Below, in pieces: positions 1 through 9,476 of a stretch of DNA of 22,282 nucleotides. Location of the stretch: contig JBBQQR010000027.1 in NCBI GenBank assembly GCA_038215615.1, positions 1-22,282 of the forward strand, given 5' to 3'. Within the stretch, counting starts at the first letter, position 1. Each line of letters begins with the position of its first letter. A program made the position numbers and the translations under genes. This stretch comes from Vulcanimicrobiales bacterium. GTDB lineage: Bacteria > Vulcanimicrobiota > Vulcanimicrobiia > Vulcanimicrobiales > Vulcanimicrobiaceae. The notes under the pieces were generated by a model. The model did not search any database, was not told where the DNA came from, and saw only the letters and a program-made list of their open reading frames with translations.

Positions 1-140
1 TCATCAAGCGGCTCTCGTCATCTTGGCGCCGCTTAGACGGGTACCAACACATCGCAGTTGCAGATCAGCAAGCTGCGTGAGATAATGCACCAACGGAGTT
101 ACGCCGCTAAACGAATTTCCCCGAACATCGGCACGACCTC
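1..140 (+). mobile_element. Probable right end of an IS256-family insertion sequence (transposase C-terminal fragment at 3..80 plus putative terminal IR ending near 140)
   Basis: Frame 3..80 reads IKRLSSSWRRLDGYQHIAVADQQAA*, resembling the W/F-R-R-L-x-G C-terminal motif of IS256 transposases. It is followed by AATTTCCCCGAACATCGGCACGACCTC. GH78-like sequence on the minus strand stops at about 141. Only 140 nt are visible. Confidence 0.45.
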
Positions 141-1768
141 CCGGCGTCTCCAAGAGCGCCCATGAGAAAAGCGCCATCGCGGAGCGCTTTGTAATAAACG
201 AGTTGTTGGTAGGTCGATTCACCGTAGCGATTCGAGCTGGACCAGTCTGTGTCCGGAAAGGCCGGATCATTCTTGATGATAATGAGACCATTTTGATCTT
301 CGTGCGCACCGAGATAGGCGAGCTGGTCGCTTAGAACTGGCCGCAGGTCTCGGACCAGACCGAGATCACCCGAAAAAAGATAGTACTCGGCTACTGCCGA
401 GACGTACTTGGCGACGTAGTCCGTCAAATACCAATTCGCGTTCCCTATGCCGAGTTGCGCGCGAACCTGGTGTTCGCTCCCGCGGTAAAGGGATAGGTTA
501 AAGAGTGACTTTTTGACTAGCGCGAGATCGCCGAACGAGTAGTAATTTGTACGGGCTTCTTCGAGAAGGTCTCCGACCCATAGCGCGCGATCGCGGCGAA
601 TTCCGTCCCAATAGTACCCTTGCATGTTGACTCGCACGGTTTCAACCGCGGTAAGCCAAATAGCGTTGAGAGCGGGATCGGAAGACGCAAAAAAACCCTT
701 GTTAACGACCGGATAGGCTTGAAAGTTCATGAACACGTAAAGTCTTCCGGCTGGCACGTCATCGCCGAGGGCGATGGCCAGGTACCGGGCTGCCCGGTAA
801 ACGTCTTCCTGTTGCGGGGCGCGCGTCAGCGAGTGTGCGTGGGGCTCGTAGAATTGCGGATCGAGGAGTTGGGCTAGATCTTCGCCACTGGTAACGGTCA
901 CGAGCGCAGCTGCCTCATTTGCGGCTTCGAAGCGCAGGGACGCATGCCCAAAAGCATCGCGTCCAAAGTCAAAGACGATAAACTTGCCTCGAAATGAGCT
1001 ATTGACTGAAAGCCCGTTAAGGTAAGGGTGGCGATTGCAGCCGGCGAACTCTGCTGCGCTCTCTTCGACCTTATTACAAATCAAGTAAGCTACGGGAACG
1101 ATGCTGATTGGGTTACGATTCTCTTTGATAAATCGGCGGTAGCGGTCACCGAGTAAACCCGTTACCAGCGCATCCGTACCGGACGTACCGATCGGCTGCG
1201 GCGCGGGTGGCCTTGGGGGTTGGTAGCCTATTCGTTCGGCTGTTCCCGGCCAGGCAAAATCATCGATTTGCGCGTGAAAAACGGCATGGTCCCAGAGCGA
1301 ATCGTCCAAGTCAATGCGCGTCCATTGTGGCGTAACTGCCGACGACGTTACCCAGCTTTCATCCGACTTGATCTCTATTCTAGCGCGCGTTTGAAGCTCG
1401 ATCGATCCGTTAAAAATGAATCCGTTGTTAACGCGTTTACGATCGACTCGTACGGCGATGACGTTCTTGCCTTCACGGAGAAACCGTGAAACATCAATGG
1501 TGCGCGCATCGTCCCAACTCACGTTCTGACCGACCCGCGCATCGTTAATGTAAAGCGTAAAAAAGCCGTCCGCCGTTAAGGAGAAGGTTGCCCGTGCTAT
1601 CGGGGCGTCGACACGAACGGTCTTGCGAAATAAAACGACGTCGGCATTATGAGGCGTCCATATCCAGACTGGCGCAATGACGGTGGCGAATGTTGATTGT
1701 GCACTAGCGATACTTCCTGTGATCGCCGCAGCCATGACACACGCTGAAAGTACCGAAAGAGTTTGCAT
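107..1768 (-). pseudogene. Secreted GH78 alpha-L-rhamnosidase-like glycoside hydrolase, C-terminally truncated
   Basis: Signal peptide; N-terminal beta-sandwich motifs (WIW, FRK, TADGFFTLYIN, GKNVIAV); DFG motif; catalytic-region motif WDGIRRDRALWVGD; DWS motif. The protein ends mid (alpha/alpha)6 barrel after LGDAG with an unrelated tail (RSCRCSGKFV) and lacks the later WE general-base region. Confidence 0.75.
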
Positions 1769-1803
1769 GCCGTGCGCTTCCGGGCCGCGGAAATATTTGA
1801 AGG

Positions 1804-3681
1804 CTATTTCGATTCACTCCGCCATGGGTGCAATTTTTCAAGTGCATTGACGAGAACTCGTGCAAACAAGGCGTTTCCATAGGCCGTGAAATGCGAGTCC
1901 CATGTGTGATAAATCGAGCGGTGATGTGCCGAGAGCTCGTCTTTCACTAAAGCGTCGGCCACATTGACGTACGGAACATGAGCCTTCTTAACCACGGCGA
2001 GCATGTTGTTCGCGTCGGCTTCGGCCGCAGTCAAATCTGGAAGTAGCCGATCGGAGCGAATAGGTTGACTCGCAGTACCAGGTATGCGCCAGTAGGTTGT
2101 CTCCGCCGGAAAATGGTCTGACTCGAGGTATGGCGCGACGAGAAATGTGGTTCCTACTTGCTTTAGTTCCTGGTTGACCGCGGCGAGTTTCTGCGTGAAA
2201 CTTTGATCGTATCGGCCATCCGCTCCGTTGGCGTCATAGAGGCCATGAACGCTATTCAATTTTCCAGCATAGAGCGAAAATGCCGCGACTACTTGATTCA
2301 CGATGCCGGTGGTAAGAACGTTTTGAGTGTAATCCAGAACGTTCCATCCGCCAACCCCTGTTAGGCGAATCGGATAAACTCGAACGGTGAGGTTACGCTT
2401 CTTTATGTCGAGGTCCCGATTCAAGGCTCGCTCGACGAGCCCTGGAATGGATTCGCTCCATGGGCTATCCCACCAAATGTACGATGGCCCTACCAAAGCG
2501 ATTCGGAACTCGCGCTCGTTCGGGCGAGTCGGCAAGACGCTCACGCGTTTTTGTGGAGTGCAACAGGTAAGAGCGCCACTGCGGTGGTCGAAAGCGGAAA
2601 GCCGGCGGATGCGCCGGTTCCCTGTATCTGCAACGACGATGGAACGTTTATCCGGCGCAACGACGATTCCGAGAGGCTGGTTGAAAAGCGCTTGCGGGCC
2701 CGGTCCATCCCGATAGCCACCACCGAGACTCGATGCGTTGCGGAGTGGATCTGCGTTCAACACACGTACGTAATCCTCGTTCCCCCCGCCCTGATGTAAC
2801 TCGACCGTGCTGTCCAGAGCATCGGTAATTACCCATTCATCAGGGCTAAAAGCTGCGATGGCCGACGGAGGCCCGGCAAATTCGGCACCTTCGTTATCCG
2901 GTTTCATCGAAAGATCTCTTGAATTGAAAGAGTACCGCACGAGTTTCTGCTGCGTTAAATTGTAGAGAAAAATCTGGAAAGCGGAGCCGGCCACGAGAAA
3001 CGCGTCATGGTCTTCGACAATGGCCAGGGACGAAACGTCCTTGAACCGCCCGTCGCCGAAGTCTATCGTGGATCCGATGCCGGAGGTATCGATTTTGCGA
3101 ACACCGTGTGGGAAATCTGCAATATAAAGATTGCCGGCGCGATCGAATGCCAAAGACCGCGGATATGTGAATAACATCTGTTCTCGCGGTCCATCCGTGC
3201 TGCCGTCTTTCAGGGGTACGCCCGCAAATGTTGAAACGATTCCGTTTTTGATGCGGCGAATAACGTGATTCAATGTGTCTGCGACGTATATCGCATCGTC
3301 GGGACCCACCGCGACATCATTGGGGTAATTGAACTGCGCGCCCCGAGCCGGCCCGTCGCGAAAGCCACCTGCCACACCGAGGCCAAAAGCGACGAGCGGC
3401 CCTGACCCCGCTATGGTCGAAACGGTTCCGTTCGTTGACAGCATTCGGATCCGCTGTGCGGCCCGGTCGGCGATGTAAAGATTCCCCCGGCGATCGTACG
3501 CTATCCCTGCAGGGCTTACGAACTGCGCGCTTCGGCTAGGCCCGTCTACAAGGCCGCTTTCTCCGGAACCCGCAATCGTACTGACTGCAGGATAATCTGA
3601 GAGATCGGCTAACGCTCCGCTACGAACGATAGCACTAAGAGCTGCGATCGAGACGACGATTGAAAGAAGCTTACGATTCAA
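1804..3681 (-). CDS. Secreted NHL-repeat beta-propeller protein fused to a C-terminal SGNH-like domain
   Basis: Multiple NHL repeats (FVSPAGIAYD..NLYIAD, FNYPNDVAV..IYVAD, FTYPRSLAFD..NLYIAD, FNQPLGIVV..VVAD). C-terminal RIALVGPSY and DSHFTAYG motifs. Start placed at TTG 3681 after GGAAGGG, which gives a signal peptide (the ORF track extends to 3768). Confidence 0.8.
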   Translation of the reverse strand: MNRKLLSIVVSIAALSAIVRSGALADLSDYPAVSTIAGSGESGLVDGPSRSAQFVSPAGIAYDRRGNLYIADRAAQRIRMLSTNGTVSTIAGSGPLVAFGLGVAGGFRDGPARGAQFNYPNDVAVGPDDAIYVADTLNHVIRRIKNGIVSTFAGVPLKDGSTDGPREQMLFTYPRSLAFDRAGNLYIADFPHGVRKIDTSGIGSTIDFGDGRFKDVSSLAIVEDHDAFLVAGSAFQIFLYNLTQQKLVRYSFNSRDLSMKPDNEGAEFAGPPSAIAAFSPDEWVITDALDSTVELHQGGGNEDYVRVLNADPLRNASSLGGGYRDGPGPQALFNQPLGIVVAPDKRSIVVADTGNRRIRRLSAFDHRSGALTCCTPQKRVSVLPTRPNEREFRIALVGPSYIWWDSPWSESIPGLVERALNRDLDIKKRNLTVRVYPIRLTGVGGWNVLDYTQNVLTTGIVNQVVAAFSLYAGKLNSVHGLYDANGADGRYDQSFTQKLAAVNQELKQVGTTFLVAPYLESDHFPAETTYWRIPGTASQPIRSDRLLPDLTAAEADANNMLAVVKKAHVPYVNVADALVKDELSAHHRSIYHTWDSHFTAYGNALFARVLVNALEKLHPWRSESK

Positions 3682-3863
3682 GAGTTCCCTTCCGGTCCGG
3701 CAGCCTATGCGAGCGAGTAGGGTCGCTTCTCGAACTTCGACCTCCACCCTGCCGGATTGCATCGACAAACGCGTCCGTACCAGGATTATCGCCGAAAAAC
3801 GGAAACGTGTGGACGCTTTGTGAATTCTCTTCTTTTGGCGATTCGTTTCTTCGGATTTGATAT

Positions 3864-4907
3864 ATGCGCGTCTTAGTCACGGGCGGTGGCGGCTATATCG
3901 GATCGGTGCTGTGCCAGCAGCTTCTTGATGCGGGCCATCAACCCGTCGTGCTCGATCGTTTTTTTTGGGGGCGCCGTCCTCTCGAACATTTGGCCGTAGT
4001 GGCGATAGTCGGCGATATTCGTCAAATAAAAGATGAGTGGTTCGACGGTATCGATGCGGTCTGTCACTTAGGCGGCCTGTCGAACGATCCGACTGCGGAA
4101 TACAACACCGAGGCGAATCACCAGATGAACGTCGTTGCAACGGAGCGGCTGGTCGAGGCCTGCAAGCGGCGCCGCATCGGGCGTTTTACCTACGCCTCTA
4201 GTGCTTCGATTTATGATACGGAAACTTCGGCAACCACGCTCGAGCGATCGCCGACGATGTGCGACGAAACGACGGTGGTCGCGCCGCGCGGCGCCTATTC
4301 GATTTCAAAATATCAGGCGGAACAGGTAATTCTGGCGGCCGCTGACGACTCGTTCGCTCCCGTGGTATTTCGACAGGGAACGGTTTACGGGTACAGTTCC
4401 CGGATGCGGTTTGACCTCGTCGTCAACACGTTCATCAAAGATGCCGTCATCAACCGGCGCTTGTTTCTGCACGGAGGCGGATGGATGTGGCGGCCTCTGG
4501 TAGACGTAACGGATGTCGCTCGCGTCCACGTCATGGCTTTGACGGCGCCGCTGGACGCGATTCGCGGGCAGGTCTTCAACGTGCTTGAAGAGAATTATCA
4601 GATTCGCCAACTGGCCATGCTCGTCGCCGGTTCGTTTTCGCTGCACGAACCCCCGATCGAGATCGATCTCGTGCAGACGCCGCTACCCAATCTCGTGCGG
4701 AACTACAGGATGAGCAATTCGAAGCTTTCTAACGCGCTCCACTTCACGCCGTCGGTCACCGTCCTCGAGTCTATCGAAAACATGATCAAGAAACTTCCGC
4801 TGGACTCGGTGGAAGAGCTCGCAAACCCGCAGTACTACAATATCAAATGGATGTCGATCCTCGAGGAAGTGCATACTGCGCAGCGCGAGTTCAGCAGCAT
4901 TTATTAG
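3864..4907 (+). CDS. NAD-dependent epimerase/dehydratase (extended SDR)
   Basis: VLVTGGGGYIG Rossmann motif, LSNDP, SSASIY, YSISK (YxxxK), RMRFDLVVN. Confidence 0.9.
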   Translation: MRVLVTGGGGYIGSVLCQQLLDAGHQPVVLDRFFWGRRPLEHLAVVAIVGDIRQIKDEWFDGIDAVCHLGGLSNDPTAEYNTEANHQMNVVATERLVEACKRRRIGRFTYASSASIYDTETSATTLERSPTMCDETTVVAPRGAYSISKYQAEQVILAAADDSFAPVVFRQGTVYGYSSRMRFDLVVNTFIKDAVINRRLFLHGGGWMWRPLVDVTDVARVHVMALTAPLDAIRGQVFNVLEENYQIRQLAMLVAGSFSLHEPPIEIDLVQTPLPNLVRNYRMSNSKLSNALHFTPSVTVLESIENMIKKLPLDSVEELANPQYYNIKWMSILEEVHTAQREFSSIY

Positions 4908-5431
4908 CCCTGCAGCAGCGGCGTATTTTTATCCCGGATCGAAAGCCTGGGCTCACTGAAGATTGGCCACGTGATGTTTACCTTCGGATCGTTCCAGCGA
5001 ATTGCGCCTTCCCGTGAGGGGTCGTGTAGCGCCCCATGTTTGTAGGAGAAGACGGCATCCTCGGTGAGCGTCAAGAATCCGTTTGCAAACCCAGCCGGAA
5101 TGTAAAGCTGCTTGTGGTTGTGCTCGGAGAGGTAAAAGCCTTGCCATTGGTAGAGCGTCGGCGAGCCTTGGCGCATATCGACGATAACGTCGAAGATTTT
5201 TCCTCGCAGCGCCTGCACGAGCTTCGACATCTTCGGATCGAAGTGCAATCCGCGCAGGACGTTGCGTGCCGAAAACGAGACGCTATCCTGGACGAAGGTA
5301 TCCGCAATACCGACCGCCCCGTATTTTTCAAGAGAGTACGTCTCCTTAAAAAATCCGCGGTCGTCTTCGAAAACTTCGGGAATAATGATCTTCGCCTCGG
5401 GAAACTTGGTAGCGAATACTTGTATTGCCAT
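4904..5431 (-). CDS. rfbC: dTDP-4-dehydrorhamnose 3,5-epimerase (RmlC family)
   Basis: FEDDRGFFKET, LRGLH, SKLV, VDMRQGSPT, QLYIPAGFANGF, IRWNDP motifs. Confidence 0.93.
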   Translation of the reverse strand: MAIQVFATKFPEAKIIIPEVFEDDRGFFKETYSLEKYGAVGIADTFVQDSVSFSARNVLRGLHFDPKMSKLVQALRGKIFDVIVDMRQGSPTLYQWQGFYLSEHNHKQLYIPAGFANGFLTLTEDAVFSYKHGALHDPSREGAIRWNDPKVNITWPIFSEPRLSIRDKNTPLLQG

Positions 5432-5506
5432 GCCGCGTCCTGATTTTGACCCTTCGGGCGCAGAACCTGCCGGGGCCTGGCAGCCTGCCCAAGAAGGTAT
5501 TATGGC

Positions 5507-6403
5507 ATGAGAAACATTTCGCCTGATATTCTTCGGCGCGTTGTTGTTATCGGCGCATCAGGACAACTCGGTTCCGACATCGTTAAAGCGTTGTATGGAA
5601 TCGAAACCGTCGGCGTCGATCACGCAATGGTGGACATCGAAAGTCCGGCTTCAATTTCGAGCGCGCTGGCACATCATCGGCCCTCGCTCGTCATTAACAC
5701 GGCCGCGTTTCACAACGTCGAGCGGTGCGAAACCCACGCCGAGCGAGCTTTCTCGGTGAACACCGTTGCCGTAGAATCCCTGGCATCGATATGCGACGCC
5801 GCTGGCATCGCATTGGCGCACATTAGTACGGATTACGTGTTCGACGGGGCCGCCTCGTCGCCGTACGACGAAAAAGCAGCTGCGCATCCAATGAACATCT
5901 ACGGAGCTTCAAAGTACGCTGGCGAACTTACGCTTTCTATAAAGACCAAGCGTTTTTTTATCTTCCGCACGAGTGGTCTTTACGGGCTGCGCGGAAGCAG
6001 TACGAAAGGCTACACGTTCGTCGAGCGAATGCTCGAACAGGCGCGCAGCGGCCGCCCCCTTCGAGTTGTCGATGACATCGTTCATGCGCCCTCTTACACC
6101 GTTCAGGTTGCCGGCGGCATCAGGCGCATTTTGGAAGGCGGCCAATTTGGCATCTACCATGTGACTAATGCCGGCGAGACAACCTGGTACGACTTCGCCG
6201 TTGAAATCCTCAAAATGTCCGGCGTCGCCGCATCTGTCGAGCGAACGACGAGCGATGCATTCCCGAGCTACGCCCGGCGTCCGCGATATTCGGTCCTCGC
6301 AAATGCTGCGATGGAGAAGGCGAAGATCGAGCCATTGCCCGATTGGCAGGAGGGCCTGCGAGCCTATCTCCATGAACGGAGAAGCGCTTCAGCTTCTCCT
6401 TGA
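5507..6403 (+). CDS. rfbD: dTDP-4-dehydrorhamnose reductase (RmlD)
   Basis: GASGQLG, NTAAFHNVERCE, HISTDYVFDG, YGASK, RRPRYSVL motifs. Confidence 0.93.
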   Translation: MRNISPDILRRVVVIGASGQLGSDIVKALYGIETVGVDHAMVDIESPASISSALAHHRPSLVINTAAFHNVERCETHAERAFSVNTVAVESLASICDAAGIALAHISTDYVFDGAASSPYDEKAAAHPMNIYGASKYAGELTLSIKTKRFFIFRTSGLYGLRGSSTKGYTFVERMLEQARSGRPLRVVDDIVHAPSYTVQVAGGIRRILEGGQFGIYHVTNAGETTWYDFAVEILKMSGVAASVERTTSDAFPSYARRPRYSVLANAAMEKAKIEPLPDWQEGLRAYLHERRSASASP

Positions 6404-7396
6404 CTTTATTCCGGGCTCGACGACCGGCAGCATTTTCCACCATTCACATTGCTTGCTCCACTCGGTCGTCTTCGCGATGCCCGCAGTTAACGTGGTGCTT
6501 GCGCTCCACCCCAAGAGGGTGCGAGCCAAATTGCAGTCGGGAACACGTTTGAGAATGTCCTCGAACTCAGCACCGTACAAATCGCCTGTCGCTCTCTGTT
6601 CGATCTCTCCATAGCCAAGAGAGTTCACGATTTCCCTGAGGACTTCGTCGGTCGTGTGTTCGAATGCCGAGCCGATATTGACGACGGTGTTCCGCGCATT
6701 TTCCGATTCTGCCAGCCGCAACACGCCTTCAACGGCGTCGTCGATGTACGTAAAGCAACGGGTTTGATTGCCGTTGTCGTACGAAAGAGCCGGCAGCTCA
6801 TTGAGGAGTCGATGCAAGTTTCGGCTGACGAGAAAACCCGGCTCTTGGCTCGGTCCGTACACATTGAAAAAACGGACGATGCGAAACTCCAAATCGTTCG
6901 CCTGAGTCGTCCCAAACAGAATATGCTCCACGATTGCTTTGCTCGTACCATAGCTCCAGCGGCTTACGGACGTAGGTCCAAGAACGCGATCCCCGTCTTC
7001 GCGCCACGGAGTATGCGGGTTCCTGCCGTAGACTTCGCTGGTGCTGGCGAAAATAAGTTTGATATTTCTGGATCGGCAAATCCGGATAATCTCGCGGCTT
7101 GCAATCACATTTATGTCTATGAGGGTGAGCGGATCGGCCATGTACTTCTCTACGCCTACCACGGCCGCGAGGTGATAGATCTCAGTCACATCGCTTGGAA
7201 TGGCGGCATCGAGTCCTTGCCAGTGCCGCAGATCGAATGGGATGTAATCTATCCTCGGCAAGACGTCGATCAGGCGGCGTGCATTCGCTTCCGGTGTTGA
7301 ATCCAGGACTGCGACATCTCGCTGCCGTTCCAGTAATCTCTTGGCCAAGAAACTGCCGATGAATCCCGAACCACCGGTTACCAAAACCTTGCTTAT
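6389..7396 (-). CDS. NDP-glucuronate decarboxylase-like SDR (UXS/ArnA/CalS9-like)
   Basis: TGGSGFIG, HLAAVVGV, STSEVYG, RWSYGTSK, FNVYGP, QTRCFTY, KRVPD motifs. The ORF track starts at TTG 7384; an in-frame ATA at 7396 restores SKVLVTGG. Confidence 0.85.
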   Translation of the reverse strand: MSKVLVTGGSGFIGSFLAKRLLERQRDVAVLDSTPEANARRLIDVLPRIDYIPFDLRHWQGLDAAIPSDVTEIYHLAAVVGVEKYMADPLTLIDINVIASREIIRICRSRNIKLIFASTSEVYGRNPHTPWREDGDRVLGPTSVSRWSYGTSKAIVEHILFGTTQANDLEFRIVRFFNVYGPSQEPGFLVSRNLHRLLNELPALSYDNGNQTRCFTYIDDAVEGVLRLAESENARNTVVNIGSAFEHTTDEVLREIVNSLGYGEIEQRATGDLYGAEFEDILKRVPDCNLARTLLGWSASTTLTAGIAKTTEWSKQCEWWKMLPVVEPGIKSRRS

Positions 7397-8739
7397 CGCC
7401 CGACTCCCACGGTGACGTGTCCGGCGGCTTTCGCCAGCGCGATCTCGGCGCGACTAAAGGACCGCCGGCCGTCGACGATGATAGCGCCGGGGGTGGCTGC
7501 ATCGAGCATTTGCGTGAGCGACGGGTGCGTCGGGATTCTGTGAACTGCCAGCCAGGCGATAACGCCGGCTTGAGAGACAGCCTCTTGCCAACTGCGGCAT
7601 CTTAGCTGACCCATATCTTCCGGAATGTCTTGCTCGAATACCATGTCGTCGTACCAGCGCACCGTATAGCCGTCTTTCAGCGCGCAACGTATGTAGTCGA
7701 TGGCCGGGCTGGAGCGAGTGTCTCCCGTATCGTTTTTGAACGTGATACCGATTACCGCGATCGATCGAGATAACGTCGACGGCGCTCCCTTAAGCATCCG
7801 CTTCGTCCGATTCCAAAGATATAAAGGAGCCGATTCGTTGATCAGACGCGCTTCTCGCGACAAGCTCGTCTTTACGCCGAGGCTGCCCGCGAACTCATGA
7901 AGAATCCACGGGTCTTTCGTCAAACAGTAACCGCCCACTCCGACGCCCGGAATAAGAATGTTGACATTTCCAGACCCTTTCGGAAGCGTATTGGCCGCCC
8001 TAATGACTTCGAGGACATCGATAGCCAAGCCATCGCAGATCATCGCTAACTCTTGAGCGTAAGCGATATTGAGGTCGATCCAAGCGTTGTCGGCAAGTTT
8101 CACCATCTCGGCACAGGCGGCAGACACGACGGTTACGACTTGGAAGTCGCGGTTTCGCCAAAAGGCGGCCGCTAAAGCTGTGCTGCTATCGTCGACTCCT
8201 CCGACAATGACCGGCAATGCACGCAAATCTGACAAGGCGGTTCCCTCGGCCAGCCTTTCCGGAGAAAATGCCACGTGTGTCTCTTTGCGTACGCGTAGGA
8301 TCGGCGCCACCAGTGCATTAGTCGTACCGGGCGGCACAGTGCTCTTAACCAACACGAGAGCGCCCGGCTTTGAATGCTGCTCGATTTCGACGATGACATT
8401 TCGTAACTCGTTCAGATCGGGAAGCCCGCTGGCCGCCAGAGGGGTACCGACGGTAACGAGCACCACGTCGCAATCACGAATCGCCGAGATATCGGTCGTG
8501 GCGGTGAGTCGGCCGCTCGAAACTGCTTTTGTCAGAAACTCGTCAACGCCGGGTTCGGATACGGGAGACTTCCCGAGTTGAATCGACTGTATGCGGAAAG
8601 CGTCGCGGTCTATCGCGATGATTCGATCGCCGCGATTAGAGAGTTCCGCTGCCAGAACCGATCCGATGTAGCCGACTCCTACGACGCCTACAGTGGCCCC
8701 GCGTTCTATCCCCAGCAGAACTTGCGGTTCTACCGGCAT
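7393..8739 (-). CDS. Nucleotide-sugar 6-dehydrogenase (UDP-Glc/GDP-Man dehydrogenase family; CalS8/AtmS8-like)
   Basis: GVGYIG, VGTP, KSTVPPGTT, PERLAEG, AEMVKL, catalytic-Cys motif GVGGYCLTKDP, FKNDTGDTR, DGR. Confidence 0.92.
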   Translation of the reverse strand: MPVEPQVLLGIERGATVGVVGVGYIGSVLAAELSNRGDRIIAIDRDAFRIQSIQLGKSPVSEPGVDEFLTKAVSSGRLTATTDISAIRDCDVVLVTVGTPLAASGLPDLNELRNVIVEIEQHSKPGALVLVKSTVPPGTTNALVAPILRVRKETHVAFSPERLAEGTALSDLRALPVIVGGVDDSSTALAAAFWRNRDFQVVTVVSAACAEMVKLADNAWIDLNIAYAQELAMICDGLAIDVLEVIRAANTLPKGSGNVNILIPGVGVGGYCLTKDPWILHEFAGSLGVKTSLSREARLINESAPLYLWNRTKRMLKGAPSTLSRSIAVIGITFKNDTGDTRSSPAIDYIRCALKDGYTVRWYDDMVFEQDIPEDMGQLRCRSWQEAVSQAGVIAWLAVHRIPTHPSLTQMLDAATPGAIIVDGRRSFSRAEIALAKAAGHVTVGVGR

Positions 8740-9476
8740 TCGGTTTCTTCCGACTGTTTTCCGCGCTGGGCTGCGATGAGGGTCGAGGCGAGGTGCAGGC
8801 TCTCAACCTGACCGGCATCGGTCCACCACCCTTTCAGCATGTCGTAATAGAGATCGCCCGCGCTCAGATAGGCGTTGTTGATGTCGGTAATTTCCAATTC
8901 ATTGCGAGCAGAAGGTTTAGCGCTGTGTATGTAATCGAAGACCCGTTGATCGTAGAAGTATACTCCGACCACAGCATAGTTTGTCTTCGGCGATTGCGGC
9001 TTCTCCTCGATCGACTTGATTCGATCCTCTACGATTTCGGCGATGCCGAAATGTTGAGGATCCCGCACCTCTTTCAACAGCACCCGAGCACCGCTTCGTT
9101 GTTGTGCGAAGCGTTCTTTGTACTGCGTGATATCCTCTTGTAAGATGTTATCGCCGAGGATCACGCATATGCGATCTCTATCGGCGAAGTGTTCGCAGAG
9201 CTTCAACGCGTCCGCGATCCCGCCTTCGCCCTCCTGATACGCATAGTTCAGGTGCTTCAGCCCGAACTCACTTCCGTTCCCTAGCAAGCGGAGAAAATCG
9301 CCCGAAGAGCTTCCGCCCGTCACGAGCATGACGTCGGTTATCCCGGCGCGCGTCAACGTTTCGAGCGGATAGTAAATCATCGGTTTGTCGTAGATGGGAA
9401 GCAGGTGCTTGTTCGTAACCTTCGTCAGCGGACGCAGCCTTGTTCCAAGCCCACCCGCTAAGACAACGCCCTTCAT
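8730..9476 (-). CDS. rfbA: Glucose-1-phosphate thymidylyltransferase (short RmlA/SpsI type)
   Basis: MKGVVLAGGLGTRLRPLT, KHLLPIYDKPMIYYPL, LGDN, EEKP, SARNELEITD, WTDAG. The ATG at 9476 overlaps the rfbB stop (ATGA). Confidence 0.92.
   Translation of the reverse strand: MKGVVLAGGLGTRLRPLTKVTNKHLLPIYDKPMIYYPLETLTRAGITDVMLVTGGSSSGDFLRLLGNGSEFGLKHLNYAYQEGEGGIADALKLCEHFADRDRICVILGDNILQEDITQYKERFAQQRSGARVLLKEVRDPQHFGIAEIVEDRIKSIEEKPQSPKTNYAVVGVYFYDQRVFDYIHSAKPSARNELEITDINNAYLSAGDLYYDMLKGWWTDAGQVESLHLASTLIAAQRGKQSEETECR

Noticed and set aside
4..309. 101-aa minus-strand ORF considered as a frameshifted continuation of GH78
   Set aside because: Its translation beyond the breakpoint shows no GH78-like features; insertion explains the break better.
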